From assembly GCA_965218095.1 (NCBI GenBank), contig OZ244587.1, forward strand, positions 2,944,001 through 3,008,000: a DNA stretch of 64,000 bases, read 5' to 3'. This document shows positions 31,764-42,527 of this stretch, piece by piece. The notes beneath the pieces were generated by a model. That model was not told the origin of the DNA. It saw only the letters and a list, made by a program, of their open reading frames with translations, and did not search any database. The position numbers and the translations under genes were made by a program. Every line of letters begins with the position of its first letter. Within the stretch, counting starts at the first letter, position 1. The stretch is from Candidatus Poribacteria bacterium. Its GTDB lineage: Bacteria; Poribacteria; WGA-4E; PCPOR2b.

Positions 31764-33905
31764 ATGACCGATCTCCTCGAATCCCTGAATCCCGTTCAAC
31801 GCGAAGCGGTACAGCACACCGAAGGACCACTGCTCCTCCTGTCAGGCGCGGGCAGCGGCAAAACCCGCGTGATTACGCATCGAATCGCTTATCTCATTCA
31901 GCACCACGGCGTTTCCCCGTATAATATCCTCGCGGTAACGTTCACAAACAAAGCCGCGGAAGAGATGAGAACCCGTCTTGAAAATCTTATCGGTCAGAGC
32001 CAGCTGTGGGTAGCGACCTTCCATTCGACGTGCGCTCAGATTCTGCGCAGAGACATCCATCATCTCGGCTATGATCGTTCGTTCACAATCTACGATACCG
32101 CGGATCAGCAAACGCTAGTCAAGGAACTGATTAAGATGCTCCAACTTTCACTGAATAACCCGGGGCCCGTCCTCGGCGAGATTAGTAGAGCCAAGAGTGA
32201 TTTTGTCTCCCCTAAAGAGTATGCGAGCAAAGCAATAGGGTTCTTCGAGGAATCCGTCGCAAAGATTTATCCAATGTATCAAGATTATCTCCGCCAAAAC
32301 AACGCTCTCGATTTTGATGATTTGATTAAGTTGACAGTCGAGTTATTTGAGGCTAACCCGAATGTATTGGAGTATTATCAGGAGAAGTTTCAATATATCC
32401 TCGTTGATGAGTATCAGGATACCAATCGCGGTCAGTATCTGCTGATTCACGCATTGGCGCAGAATCAGCAGAACATTTGCGTGGTTGGCGACGATGATCA
32501 AAGTATATACTCATGGAGAGGGGCAGATATCAACAACATCCTCGATTTCGAGGAGGACTACCGAGGCACGAAGGTCTTACGCTTAGAGCAGAACTATCGC
32601 TCGACGAAAAATATCCTCGAAGCGGCATATCATGTCATCCGCAACAACCAGAAGCGCAAGGAGAAGCAGATCTGGACAGACAACAAAACAGGGAGTGCGA
32701 TCACCCTCCATGAAGCGACCGACGACATCAGGGAGGCGGACTATGTGCTGCGGCAGATTAGGGAGTGGCGTTCACGCAGGCGGAAATACGGCGAGTGTGT
32801 CATCTTTTATCGGATTAATGCTCAATCCCGTACATTTGAGGATGCGCTGCGCGGCGCGAATATTCCGTATCAGATTGTAGGCGGTATCCGGTTCTACGAA
32901 CGGATGGAGGTCAAAGACATCATGGCGTATATGCGGGTGATTGTTAACCCCGCCGATACGGTTAGCATCAAACGTATCATCAATACGCCACGCCGAGGGA
33001 TTGGCGTGGCGACGGTGCAGAAGATTGAAGATTTCGCCTACGAAGAAGGTATCCCCCTATTTGCAGCGATTCAGCATGTCGATGAGGTGTCAACGCTCAA
33101 CAATGGGGCGAAAAACAAGGTGCGTGCATTCGCTGAACTGATTGCGTCGTTCAACCCACACGATCCGCCGGCGCGCACGGCGGAGGATTTACTTGACCGC
33201 ACTGGCTATCTCCAAGTTTTGAGGAGCGAAGGCACAATCGAGGCACAGACCCGCGAAGAGAACCTCGGCGAGCTAATTGCGGCGGTCACTGAGTACGAGG
33301 AAAGTGAGACAGAGCCGACGTTGTGGGCTTTCTTGGAAAGGATTACCTTGGCTTCCGATATTGACAACATGGAAGACAAGAGCGATGTGGTGACGATGAT
33401 GACGCTGCACAGCGCGAAAGGGTTGGAATTTCCGATTGTCTTTATGGTCGGGATCGAGGAAGGGTTACTGCCACACCAACGTTCTTATAACAGTGAAGCC
33501 GAACTTGAGGAGGAGCGGAGGTTGTGTTACGTTGGACTCACACGCGCACAGGAACATGTCTACCTGACGCATGCGCGTACGCGTCGATTGTATCGTGACA
33601 TCGATTATCGCCTTCCTTCGCGCTTCATTGAGGAGATACCTCCCGAACTAGTTGATCAGGGAACTACCTACGAATCGCCTCGGTGCCCGGTGGTTTCGTC
33701 CTACGATCCTGATGAACCCGATTTCGACGACGAGGTGCAATTCCATTACGAAGTTGGGGACGTTGTATACCACGCGCAGTTTGGCAGGGGAAGGATAACC
33801 GCTATCAGTGGGTATGGATTTGATATGCGTATCACCGTGCGGTTTGAACGCGGGTCTGAGAAAGTCCTCGCTGCTGTGCATGCGCGGTTGCAAAAGATTA
33901 AGTAG
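31764..33905 (+). CDS. pcrA: ATP-dependent DNA helicase PcrA/UvrD
   Basis: GAGSGKT, DEYQD, VGDDDQSIY, LEQNYRS, TLHSAKGLEF, EERRL. Confidence 0.96.
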   Translation: MTDLLESLNPVQREAVQHTEGPLLLLSGAGSGKTRVITHRIAYLIQHHGVSPYNILAVTFTNKAAEEMRTRLENLIGQSQLWVATFHSTCAQILRRDIHHLGYDRSFTIYDTADQQTLVKELIKMLQLSLNNPGPVLGEISRAKSDFVSPKEYASKAIGFFEESVAKIYPMYQDYLRQNNALDFDDLIKLTVELFEANPNVLEYYQEKFQYILVDEYQDTNRGQYLLIHALAQNQQNICVVGDDDQSIYSWRGADINNILDFEEDYRGTKVLRLEQNYRSTKNILEAAYHVIRNNQKRKEKQIWTDNKTGSAITLHEATDDIREADYVLRQIREWRSRRRKYGECVIFYRINAQSRTFEDALRGANIPYQIVGGIRFYERMEVKDIMAYMRVIVNPADTVSIKRIINTPRRGIGVATVQKIEDFAYEEGIPLFAAIQHVDEVSTLNNGAKNKVRAFAELIASFNPHDPPARTAEDLLDRTGYLQVLRSEGTIEAQTREENLGELIAAVTEYEESETEPTLWAFLERITLASDIDNMEDKSDVVTMMTLHSAKGLEFPIVFMVGIEEGLLPHQRSYNSEAELEEERRLCYVGLTRAQEHVYLTHARTRRLYRDIDYRLPSRFIEEIPPELVDQGTTYESPRCPVVSSYDPDEPDFDDEVQFHYEVGDVVYHAQFGRGRITAISGYGFDMRITVRFERGSEKVLAAVHARLQKIK

Positions 33906-33983
33906 TATACAGAACAACACATCAATTCAATGAGTTCATGAGTTATTTGTCCCTTCAGAATCGCAAAATCACAATACGACAGA

Positions 33984-35105
33984 ATGGAGATAAGTTATGC
34001 TAGGTTCTGTTGACATTTGAGTATAAGGTTGTGGCATAATAGAAGAATGATGCCAATAATCTTACCCGATGAACAATGGAATAAGATATACTCGTTTCTT
34101 CTAACTTGTCCCAACATCTATGTTGGCAACGAAGCGACAACACGCCGCTTTATCGAAGCGGTTCTCTGGACGACCCGTAGCGGTGCTCAATGGAGACTTC
34201 TGCCAGACACCTATGGTAAATCGAACACCCTCTATAAGCGTTTTGCTCGGTGGTGCGACAAAGGTATCTTCACACAGATGCACCACCACTTCGCCTCTGA
34301 CCCCGATATCGAGTCGCTTATTGTGGACAGTACAATCATTCGAGCGCACCCGTCTGCGGCGGGTGCCGAAAAAAAAAGGGTGGCACTGAAAACCAAGCGT
34401 TAGGTCGCTCTCGCGGGGGATTCAGTACAAAAATTCACATCACAGTTGACGGCCTGGGTAATCCACTAAGAATACATCTGACACCCGGTCAAAGAAACGA
34501 CATAGCAGAAGCAGAAGGGTTGATACTTGGATATAAAAGCGAGTATGTGATTGGAGACAAGGGATATGACTCCGACAATTTTATCGCGGTTATTGAGGCG
34601 AATGGAGCGATTGCGGTGATACCGCCCAAAAGTCATCGTGTGGATCAAAGAGATTACGACAAACATCTGTACAAAGAGAGACATCGGGTTGAATATTTCA
34701 TTAACAAGATAAAATGGTATCGCCGCATCTTCTCTCGGTTCGAGAAGTTATCTATCCGTTATTTTGGATTTCTCAGCTTTGTCTCCACTCTTATATGGCT
34801 CCCTTGAAATGTCAACAGAACCTAGAGCATCACAGCATCTAATTGATTTTACCTATCCAGCAGACTTGTTTGGGATTATTTGCGCTAAAGGGTTGTGGCA
34901 AGAGCACTTTCAACCAATCTTCGGTAACGATCCGAATTACTGGAACGAACGGAAAAAGTTACTTGCGAAGTGTAGAAATCCCTTAGCCCATAATCGTGCT
35001 GAAATACTCCAACCCCATGAACTTATGATTGTTGAAGGATACTGTACAGAAATTCTGAGGTGTGTGCAAAATAGCACTCTGTCCACCAATCTCAGTAATG
35101 AATAA
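33984..35105 (+). pseudogene. Swt1-like HEPN domain ORF interrupted by IS5
   Basis: Removing the IS rejoins MEISYA-RASQHLIDFTYP...CRNPLAHNR (Rx4H). Confidence 0.6.
34003..34822 (+). mobile_element. IS5-family element, apparently intact (orfA 34047-34403 and orfB joined by a frameshift at an A9 run)
   Basis: TIRs GGTTCTGTTGACATTT / AAATGTCAACAGAACC; TA duplication in CTAG; DDE motifs. Confidence 0.93.
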
Positions 35106-35125
35106 TTATAAACAAGGAGAACCAG

Positions 35126-35416
35126 ATGGCAACAATCGCTACCGACGATGTAGAACAAGTTGCGACCCTCGCACGACTTGAATTTAGCGAAGAAGAAATA
35201 CAGCAATTTACTCATCAACTTGCCCGAATTTTGGACTATATTGGGAAGTTGAATGAATTGGAGACGACGAACGTGCCGCCGACATCGCATGTTCTCCCTA
35301 TCCGCAACGTTGTCAAGGAAGACGTCGCTAGGCCGTCCTATGATCGAGACCTCGTTTTGGCGACTGCGGCAGAGGCAGAAGAGGGGTATTTTGAGGTGCC
35401 AAAGGTGATTGAATAA
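35126..35416 (+). CDS. gatC: Asp/Glu-tRNA amidotransferase subunit C
   Basis: VATLARLE...YFEVPKVIE. Confidence 0.95.
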   Translation: MATIATDDVEQVATLARLEFSEEEIQQFTHQLARILDYIGKLNELETTNVPPTSHVLPIRNVVKEDVARPSYDRDLVLATAAEAEEGYFEVPKVIE

Positions 35417-35437
35417 ACCAAAAGGAGTAAACGCTTC

Positions 35438-36898
35438 ATGCCATTATACGAACTGACAGCTCACGAACTTCATGAAAAATTGAGCGCGCGCGAGATTACT
35501 TCCGTCGAGCTCACGCAATCAGTGTATGAACGAATTGGCACTGTCGAGGAACAGATCAAAGGGTATCTCACATTGACTGAGGAAATTACGCTTGAGGGTG
35601 CTGCAGCCGCGGACGCAGGCTTTCAACGCGGTGATGAGATGCCCGCACTGGCAGGCATTCCCATCGCGATCAAGGACGTGATCTGTACCAAGGGTGTGTT
35701 GACCACATGCGGCTCCAAGATCTTGGGTGCCTTTGTTTCGCCTTACAATGCAACTGTGATGACCAAACTTCATCAACAGGGGGTTGTGATGATTGGCAAA
35801 ACGAACATGGACGAGTTTGCGATGGGGTCATCGACGGAAAATTCAGCGTATCGGATCACACACAATCCGTGGAATCTCGAAACCATCCCCGGCGGTTCAA
35901 GTGGCGGTTCTGCAGCCGTCGTTGCTGCAGACGAGGCAATCTGCTCGCTCGGTTCGGACACCGGTGGCTCGATTCGGCAACCGGCTGCGCTGTGCGGCGT
36001 CGTGGGGATGAAGCCGACCTACGGGCGCGTATCAAGATTCGGGCTGGTGGCGTTTGCATCGTCCTTAGATCAGATTGGTCCCCTATCGAAGGATGTGACC
36101 GATTGTGCTTTGATGCTCAACGCCATCTGTGGACATGATCCGATGGATTCGACCTCGGTGAATCTTTCCGTGCCAGATTTTACCCAAAGTTTAATCAACG
36201 ATGTCAAAGGGGTCAAAATTGGTATTCCGAGGGAGTATTTCACGGACGGGATGGATGTGGAAATCGAAGAGAGCGTGCGGGGCGCGATTGAGGTACTTCG
36301 AGGGTGCGGCGCAATCATTGAGGAGATTTCTCTGCCCCACACCGAGTACGCGATTGCAACGTACTATATCATTGCTCCCGCCGAGGCGAGCGCGAATCTC
36401 GCGCGGTACGACGGCGTCCGCTACGGCTTCCGCGCTGAAGACGCCGAAGATCTCATCGATATGTACAGGAAGACACGTAGCCAAGGTTTCGGCGAGGAAG
36501 TCAAACGCCGCGTAATGCTCGGGACTTACGCACTTAGTTCTGGGTACTACGACGCCTACTACCTGAAAGCACAAAAGGTACGGACGTTGATTAAATCCGA
36601 TTTTGATAAAGCCTTTGAAAAGGTCGATATGGTGATAACACCAACTTCACCGACGCCGGCGTTCAAGATTGGGGAGCGGACAGTGGATCCATTGCAGATG
36701 TACCTCTCAGATGTCCTGACAACACCAGCAAGCCTCGCTGGTTTGCCGGGTATCTCCATACCGTGTGGTTTGACGCAAGGCGGGTTGCCCATTGGCTTAC
36801 AAATTCTTGCCGCACCTTTCGAGGAAGAGAAAATCCTGCGAGCGGCGTATACCTTTGAGCAGAACACCAACTATCATCGAAAGAAGCCAAATCTGTGA
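35438..36898 (+). CDS. gatA: Asp/Glu-tRNA amidotransferase subunit A
   Basis: [37 protein letters not shown]. Confidence 0.97.
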   Translation: MPLYELTAHELHEKLSAREITSVELTQSVYERIGTVEEQIKGYLTLTEEITLEGAAAADAGFQRGDEMPALAGIPIAIKDVICTKGVLTTCGSKILGAFVSPYNATVMTKLHQQGVVMIGKTNMDEFAMGSSTENSAYRITHNPWNLETIPGGSSGGSAAVVAADEAICSLGSDTGGSIRQPAALCGVVGMKPTYGRVSRFGLVAFASSLDQIGPLSKDVTDCALMLNAICGHDPMDSTSVNLSVPDFTQSLINDVKGVKIGIPREYFTDGMDVEIEESVRGAIEVLRGCGAIIEEISLPHTEYAIATYYIIAPAEASANLARYDGVRYGFRAEDAEDLIDMYRKTRSQGFGEEVKRRVMLGTYALSSGYYDAYYLKAQKVRTLIKSDFDKAFEKVDMVITPTSPTPAFKIGERTVDPLQMYLSDVLTTPASLAGLPGISIPCGLTQGGLPIGLQILAAPFEEEKILRAAYTFEQNTNYHRKKPNL

Positions 36899-36913
36899 AG
36901 CGTGGAGAGAATT

Positions 36914-37114
36914 ATGAGCACCTTAAACGACTTTGATTTCAAGCGAAAGAAATACATGCCAGTCTCTCCAAGAGCGACCGGAAAGCCTACCACTTACATT
37001 GAAGGCTACCCTTTGGAAGACGACGAACCGATGGCTGCAACCGGATTTCATGGCGTGCAGATTAAGATATTCAGTGACCAACTCACGCGCTCAACTGGCT
37101 GCACTGCAGGATGA
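36914..37114 (+). pseudogene. Uma2-family endonuclease N-terminal remnant
   Basis: YPLEDDEPMAATGFH, then truncated. Confidence 0.5.
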
Positions 37115-37149
37115 AGAATCCGAATAAGGGAGAGAGAAGGTCATCCACA

Positions 37150-37647
37150 ATGAACGATACACGCAAACATTCGGTTAATCTCGCCCTCGCGCCAATTGGT
37201 GGGCTAATCGGTGCGCTGAGTGGCGGCGCCCTTTGGGCGAAATACATCCAATGGACCGGTTTCACCGCCGGCTGGGTTGCGCTTGCCATTGGTATCCTCA
37301 CGGGACTCGGTGTGTTGCTGGCAGGCAAATCGAGAAGGTTCAGCGTGAGCTTGATTGCTGCGCTGTTTGCCGTTGCCGGAATCCTTTTCGGAAAATATCT
37401 CGATGTTCGGTGGAATGCCCCACAAGCAGTCACAGTTGCAATCATCGGAGACCCTGAAGCCGTACCCCTGGAATCCGGCGAAAGTATGACGTCCGTTGAG
37501 GCAGATAAATCCGCCGAATCGACATGGCGCCTCATGCGTCGTCGGATGGAGTGGTTTGATCTAATCTATTATGCGGTTGCGGCATACATTGCATTTCGTA
37601 TGGCACATAGCAGGCGCTTACATCAATATTTTTTCAGAAACGGGTGA
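37150..37647 (+). CDS. Hypothetical membrane protein
   Basis: Four hydrophobic segments; RBS. Confidence 0.7.
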   Translation: MNDTRKHSVNLALAPIGGLIGALSGGALWAKYIQWTGFTAGWVALAIGILTGLGVLLAGKSRRFSVSLIAALFAVAGILFGKYLDVRWNAPQAVTVAIIGDPEAVPLESGESMTSVEADKSAESTWRLMRRRMEWFDLIYYAVAAYIAFRMAHSRRLHQYFFRNG

Positions 37648-37747
37648 AGTCAGGCAATATTCAACTCCTTCGTCACGAGAATTGTTGATGATTATTGCCT
37701 AAAACCAGTTTACATTCCTAAAACCCAAAAAACCAAGAAAGATTTCT

Positions 37748-39217
37748 ATGAAAAAAGAGAAATCGTACCAATTCTATAGATTAAGTTTACTAAGTTGTCT
37801 TACAGCTCTGGTTTTAATCCTGTCCTTACAGTCAGTGACGGGGCTTACACAGATCGAAAATGCTATTCCCAAAGGTGTATTAGATGACGAACTGTTGGAG
37901 AATATCTCGCTGCTCTCAGAAGTGTTAGCGCGCATCCAGCAGAATCACTTGGACAACCCTGATCCCAGACAGCTCATGCATGGTGCGATCCGAGGTATGC
38001 TGCGGACGCTAGATCCGTACAGCCAATTTTTTGACCCGGAAAGTTATGCGGATTTCCACACAGAGAGCCGCGGTACTTATGGTGGGCTCGGCATGAAGAT
38101 TGGCATCCGCGATGATCGGTTGACAATCATTGCCCCACTTAAGAACACTCCCGCTGATGAGGCTGGGCTTCAGAGCGGCGACATTATCAGCCAAATCGAA
38201 GGGGAATCAACAGCGAGAATGACGACAGATGATGCTGTCAAACGCCTTCGGGGCGAGCCAGGGACACAAGTGACTATCACAATTGTCCGCGAGGGAGAGC
38301 ATAAACCGCTGGAAGTCACGCTGACACGAGATGTCATCCAATTCCACAGTGTTGAATCCAAAGTCCTCAAGGAAGATATTGGATATATTCGGATTAACCA
38401 ATTTCGCGATACGACTGCTGAGGATGTTGATGACGCCTTTGAAGTCTTTAACCAACAGAAGATACGGGGGCTCATTCTAGATCTCCGATCAAATCCTGGC
38501 GGCTTATTCCGAGCGGCGGTTGAAATTGCCAGTGATTTTTTAGAGCCTGGGCAATTGATTGTCTATACACAAGGCAAGCACCCACGCGAAGATTTTATGG
38601 CTGAGAAAGGTAAACAGCAGAAGCGGTACCCCCTCGTCGTGCTTGTCAACAGGGGCAGCGCAAGCGCATCGGAGATTGTCGCTGCAGCAATCAAAGATCA
38701 CCGACACGGGTTGATTCTGGGAGAAAAGACCTTTGGGAAAGCGTCTGTGCAACAAGTTTTTTCACTGAATGGCGGCGCTGCTATTAAACTAACAGTGGCT
38801 CACTACTATAGCCCCAATGGTGTTGACATTCACAAGATTGGCATCACTCCTGATATTGAAGATCCCTGGTTTAGCCGTTCTGAGCATCAGATGCTGAATA
38901 AACTCCGCTCTCATCAGAAGATTAAAGCGTTTATTGAGGAGAATGGCCATGATGTCCTCGTTCGGTCGGAAAAGGCACGGCTTGCCCCGAGAGATGACCG
39001 CGACGCTGCCTTGCTGCTGAGAAAGTACCGGCGACTTGTTGATTCACTTGCGGAGGAGCAGATTATCTTGAGCAACGTTGGATTAAAACTTGGGATTGCT
39101 CGCGAGACTAAGAACGAGATCGATGAATACGAATATGATCCGCAGATTATCGGCGCTATCCATCAGTTGCGCGCACTTGAAATTTTCCGGTCAAAGTTGA
39201 TGAAAATCAACAATTGA
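37748..39217 (+). CDS. ctpA: Carboxyl-terminal processing protease (S41A)
   Basis: LDPYS, PDZ, LDLRSNPGG, SASASEI, TFGKASVQ. Confidence 0.92.
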   Translation: MKKEKSYQFYRLSLLSCLTALVLILSLQSVTGLTQIENAIPKGVLDDELLENISLLSEVLARIQQNHLDNPDPRQLMHGAIRGMLRTLDPYSQFFDPESYADFHTESRGTYGGLGMKIGIRDDRLTIIAPLKNTPADEAGLQSGDIISQIEGESTARMTTDDAVKRLRGEPGTQVTITIVREGEHKPLEVTLTRDVIQFHSVESKVLKEDIGYIRINQFRDTTAEDVDDAFEVFNQQKIRGLILDLRSNPGGLFRAAVEIASDFLEPGQLIVYTQGKHPREDFMAEKGKQQKRYPLVVLVNRGSASASEIVAAAIKDHRHGLILGEKTFGKASVQQVFSLNGGAAIKLTVAHYYSPNGVDIHKIGITPDIEDPWFSRSEHQMLNKLRSHQKIKAFIEENGHDVLVRSEKARLAPRDDRDAALLLRKYRRLVDSLAEEQIILSNVGLKLGIARETKNEIDEYEYDPQIIGAIHQLRALEIFRSKLMKINN

Positions 39218-39268
39218 CACGTCTGACGTTTCACGCAATACGCATGCTGTTTGACGAGGGTATACTTC

Positions 39269-40048
39269 ATGAGCACCAAACGAATTATCCCCTGCCTTGA
39301 TGTTCGAGCAGGCAAAGTCACAAAGGGAATCGCCTTCCAGGGAAATATTGACATCGGCGATCCGGTGGCAATGGCGCGATTCTACTATGAAGGTGGGGCA
39401 GACGAACTTGTGTTTTACGATATCACCGCCAGCAACGAAAGACGCGACATCATGCTTGACGTCGTCTCGGCAGTCGCGGCGGAGATCTTCATTCCCTTTT
39501 CAGTCGGTGGGGGGTTGAGAACTCTTGATGATATACGTCGTGTCCTCCTTGCGGGAGCTGAGAAGGTCAGTATCGACTCCGGCGCCGTGAGAAATCCACA
39601 ATTGATCACGGAAGGGGCAAAGGCTTTTGGGAGTCAGTGTATTGTGCTGAGTATGCAGGTAAAGCGTGTCTCGAAAAGCGATTGCATCTCAAGCGGCTAC
39701 GAGATTTACATTGATGGCGGTCGTCGCCCGATGGGGTTGGACGCCCTCCAATGGGCACAACACGGCGTTGAATTGGGGGTTGGTGAGATTGTCGTCAACA
39801 GTATCGATCAGGATGGCACAAAAGCAGGATACGAGCTAGAGTTGACAAAGGCAATTGCGGACCGAGTTCCCGTCCCGGTGATCGCGTCGGGCGGAGCAGG
39901 GAATCCACAACATATCCGTGATGTGTTCGTCGAAAGCAACGCTGATGCAGCAATTGTCGCCTCGATTACACACTATGGTGAATTTCCGATTGAGCATATC
40001 AAGCGTTATCTTGAGGAAGAAGGCGTCCCTGTACGCAATATGTGGTAG
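39269..40048 (+). CDS. hisF: Imidazole glycerol phosphate synthase cyclase subunit
   Basis: [29 protein letters not shown]. Confidence 0.96.
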   Translation: MSTKRIIPCLDVRAGKVTKGIAFQGNIDIGDPVAMARFYYEGGADELVFYDITASNERRDIMLDVVSAVAAEIFIPFSVGGGLRTLDDIRRVLLAGAEKVSIDSGAVRNPQLITEGAKAFGSQCIVLSMQVKRVSKSDCISSGYEIYIDGGRRPMGLDALQWAQHGVELGVGEIVVNSIDQDGTKAGYELELTKAIADRVPVPVIASGGAGNPQHIRDVFVESNADAAIVASITHYGEFPIEHIKRYLEEEGVPVRNMW

Positions 40049-40117
40049 ATGTGAAACACGATGCGTGAAGCGTCTAAGACATAAATAACCCGAATTGCTA
40101 CCTGCAGACGTTCAGTT

Positions 40118-40210
40118 GCCCGGAACTGGGATCTAGGAGCCAGGGGGCTTCCAGCCCAATCAACGCTCGATTGCCGGTTCCAAGCTCCCAGTTCCGAATT
40201 CCCAGTCCCT
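40118..40210. repeat. Degenerate heptamer tandem repeats forming a long hairpin
   Basis: cggaactgggatctaggagcc pairs with ggttccaagctcccagttccg. Confidence 0.55.
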
Positions 40211-40452
40211 GGCGGACCGGATAAAAGTACCAGATATTTTTTCAAATTTAAGGATAACCTTTTTCCTTATGTGTTACAATCCGAAATATAGACCTGCAAG
40301 AAAGCGTGAACAGATTCAGAAAATGACCCTTCCCAAAGTTTATTGTTGATTTCATCCAAATGTACCATGATTTCTGAAACGGATTCTCCCCGGGAGACGT
40401 TTGGAAGAATAGTACTATCTTGGAAACGATAGGGATAAGGAGGGCACTTATT

Positions 40453-41064
40453 TTGCCAGATAAAACAACAGATGACCTATCGGATCAGGAAGACACGCAG
40501 TTGGCAACGCTAACAAAGGCAAGGAATGACACCGCCTTTAGAGCGCTGTTTGATAAACACTACAACTGGGTTTATAGTAAAACCTATCGAATGCTATGCA
40601 ATCACCAAGATACAGAGGAGGTATCCTTAGATATCTTTATGAAAGTGTGGCAGAAGATCGATAAGTGGAATACTGATCAGGGAAGTTTCCAAGCATGGTT
40701 GAACGTTGTGGCAAAGAACACAATTATTGATGCAATACGCAAGAAAGAAAGGATTCGTGAAGCGCTTTTAAGTATGGAGGATGAATCTGAATTGCCACTC
40801 AGTGAATCCCAGGACAGTCAGCCAACGCCTGACAAACAGATCGAATCTCGGGAAGCTCAAGAAATTCTTGAGTGGGCGCTCCAAATGGTGAAAAAGCCAA
40901 ACCATCGTATTGCTTGGATTTTACGCCATCTGGAAGGGTATAGTATTGCCGAGATTTCGCAAACGCTCCGACGCAAGGAAGGGACAGTGAAGATTTGGAT
41001 CTTCCGTTGCACAGAGGAATTGCGTCAAATTCTTACCAGAAAAGGCCTGAAATGGGTATACTAA
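40453..41064 (+). CDS. ECF RNA polymerase sigma factor
   Basis: Region 2 (FQAWLNVVAKNTIIDAIRK) and region 4 (EGYSIAEISQTL...GTVK); AGGAGG RBS before TTG. Confidence 0.9.
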   Translation: MPDKTTDDLSDQEDTQLATLTKARNDTAFRALFDKHYNWVYSKTYRMLCNHQDTEEVSLDIFMKVWQKIDKWNTDQGSFQAWLNVVAKNTIIDAIRKKERIREALLSMEDESELPLSESQDSQPTPDKQIESREAQEILEWALQMVKKPNHRIAWILRHLEGYSIAEISQTLRRKEGTVKIWIFRCTEELRQILTRKGLKWVY

Positions 41065-41079
41065 TTGGGGGGGGATGAA

Positions 41080-42186
41080 ATGAAATTTTGGAAAAATTCA
41101 GAGCGAAATTTCAGCAAAGCTGAAACTGAGAAAGCGGAAATGCTGGAAATTTACACCCGTTGGATCAGGGGTGAAAAGTTCTCCCGTAAGCAGACGCGAT
41201 TACTAAAGGCGAGCCAGGAATATCCAGAATTAGAACCTTTGAAGCAGCTCATCGATTTCGCACATTATCGTTTTCGAGAAAAAGAAATCGTCACGCCGCT
41301 CCCTGGTTCAAAGCAACGAGTCGCTGGCGAAGTAATGAGAGAAATTAATCGTGCGGCTGTTGAGGATACTGCGTTGTCATTAGATGAACCTGCTTTGCAA
41401 CCATCTTACAGCCCCGATCCGGTTGGAAGTGATAGCGAACTTGCCTTACCACCTGTTTCTGGCGACCTCCCGCCGCCACCTCAAATAGCTGACCTCTTTA
41501 GTGAGACGGTTATCCTCAACAGCGAAAATATCGAAGGACTAACGTCTCCATTGGTGGAAGGGGCTTGCAGCCTGAAATTACGGATTGTTCAAGGTGACGA
41601 AGCTGGGCGTGAGTATAACATCGCTTTTCTACCAGTGATTATCGGGCATGGGGTTGAAGCGACAATTCCGTTGAGTGCAAATGCGGCTGTATCAAGACAT
41701 CATGCGCTGCTGACGGTCAATGGTGACGAGGTTTCGATTACCGATCTTGGCAGCAGCGGCGGCACCTGCGTTGATGGGGTTCGGATTACTGAACCAACTC
41801 CACTCTACCTCACTTCCAAAGTGAAAATTGGTGAGCAATTGCTCGAAGTGGTCGAAATTCAGCAAGATACAGGTGTCCTTCGCATTTCCTTCAAGGAGAT
41901 TGAAGGTTCAAATGTTGGCAAGATTTGCGCTGTCGATCTCAAAGAAATGACGGTTGGCCGGGGAACAGCTACGCGGATCAAATTCGCTGATCCAACAGAT
42001 ACACTCTCACGTTTGCATGCCCGATTCGATCTGAAAGATAGCGAGGTATATGTGACTGATCTTGGAAGTAAAAACGGCACTTACGTTGATGGGGTTCGCA
42101 TAGAAGGACCAACAATCATTCAGAACGGCACGATCATTAAGTTCAGCAGCGTCATCTGCGAAGTTGTGGATATTGAACATACTTAA
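41080..42186 (+). CDS. Tandem FHA-domain protein, putative soluble anti-sigma factor
   Basis: VSRHHA/DLGSSGGT and VGRG/LSRLHA/DLGSKNGT; helical N-terminus and Pro-rich linker. Confidence 0.85.
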   Translation: MKFWKNSERNFSKAETEKAEMLEIYTRWIRGEKFSRKQTRLLKASQEYPELEPLKQLIDFAHYRFREKEIVTPLPGSKQRVAGEVMREINRAAVEDTALSLDEPALQPSYSPDPVGSDSELALPPVSGDLPPPPQIADLFSETVILNSENIEGLTSPLVEGACSLKLRIVQGDEAGREYNIAFLPVIIGHGVEATIPLSANAAVSRHHALLTVNGDEVSITDLGSSGGTCVDGVRITEPTPLYLTSKVKIGEQLLEVVEIQQDTGVLRISFKEIEGSNVGKICAVDLKEMTVGRGTATRIKFADPTDTLSRLHARFDLKDSEVYVTDLGSKNGTYVDGVRIEGPTIIQNGTIIKFSSVICEVVDIEHT

Positions 42187-42306
42187 CTGATTGGTAAATC
42201 TGGGATTCTGTCAGGTCGAATGAAAGTTGGGAAATAAGTCCGTGAGCTTACAAGGCGTCATGGGCTTGTTCCGTTTCTTCCCTGTTCGCGGGAATGACGC
42301 ATCATC

Positions 42307-42365
42307 AAGATACCGCATCCTTTTTTCGATCTTCAAGTCGGGAGAGGAATGCGGTATTTTTTTTC
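42307..42365 (+). terminator. Probable intrinsic terminator
   Basis: ataccgcat...atgcggtat stem followed by a T-run. Confidence 0.5.
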
Positions 42366-42527
42366 CACTTAAAAATTCCCCATGAGAAACCTGATTTTAC
42401 TTGAATTTTTTGTGATCTAATGTATAATGTTGCTAAAGTGAGTAAATACCAAACCACCCACACAACGCACATTCCAAAGCGCGGCAGTCTGGTCAGGAAG
42501 GGAAGTGTCAATCTTCGCACGCCACAC

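Noticed and set aside
40085-40230. 6S RNA or riboswitch
   Set aside because: The hairpin is explained by complementary heptamer repeats; no recognisable conserved motifs
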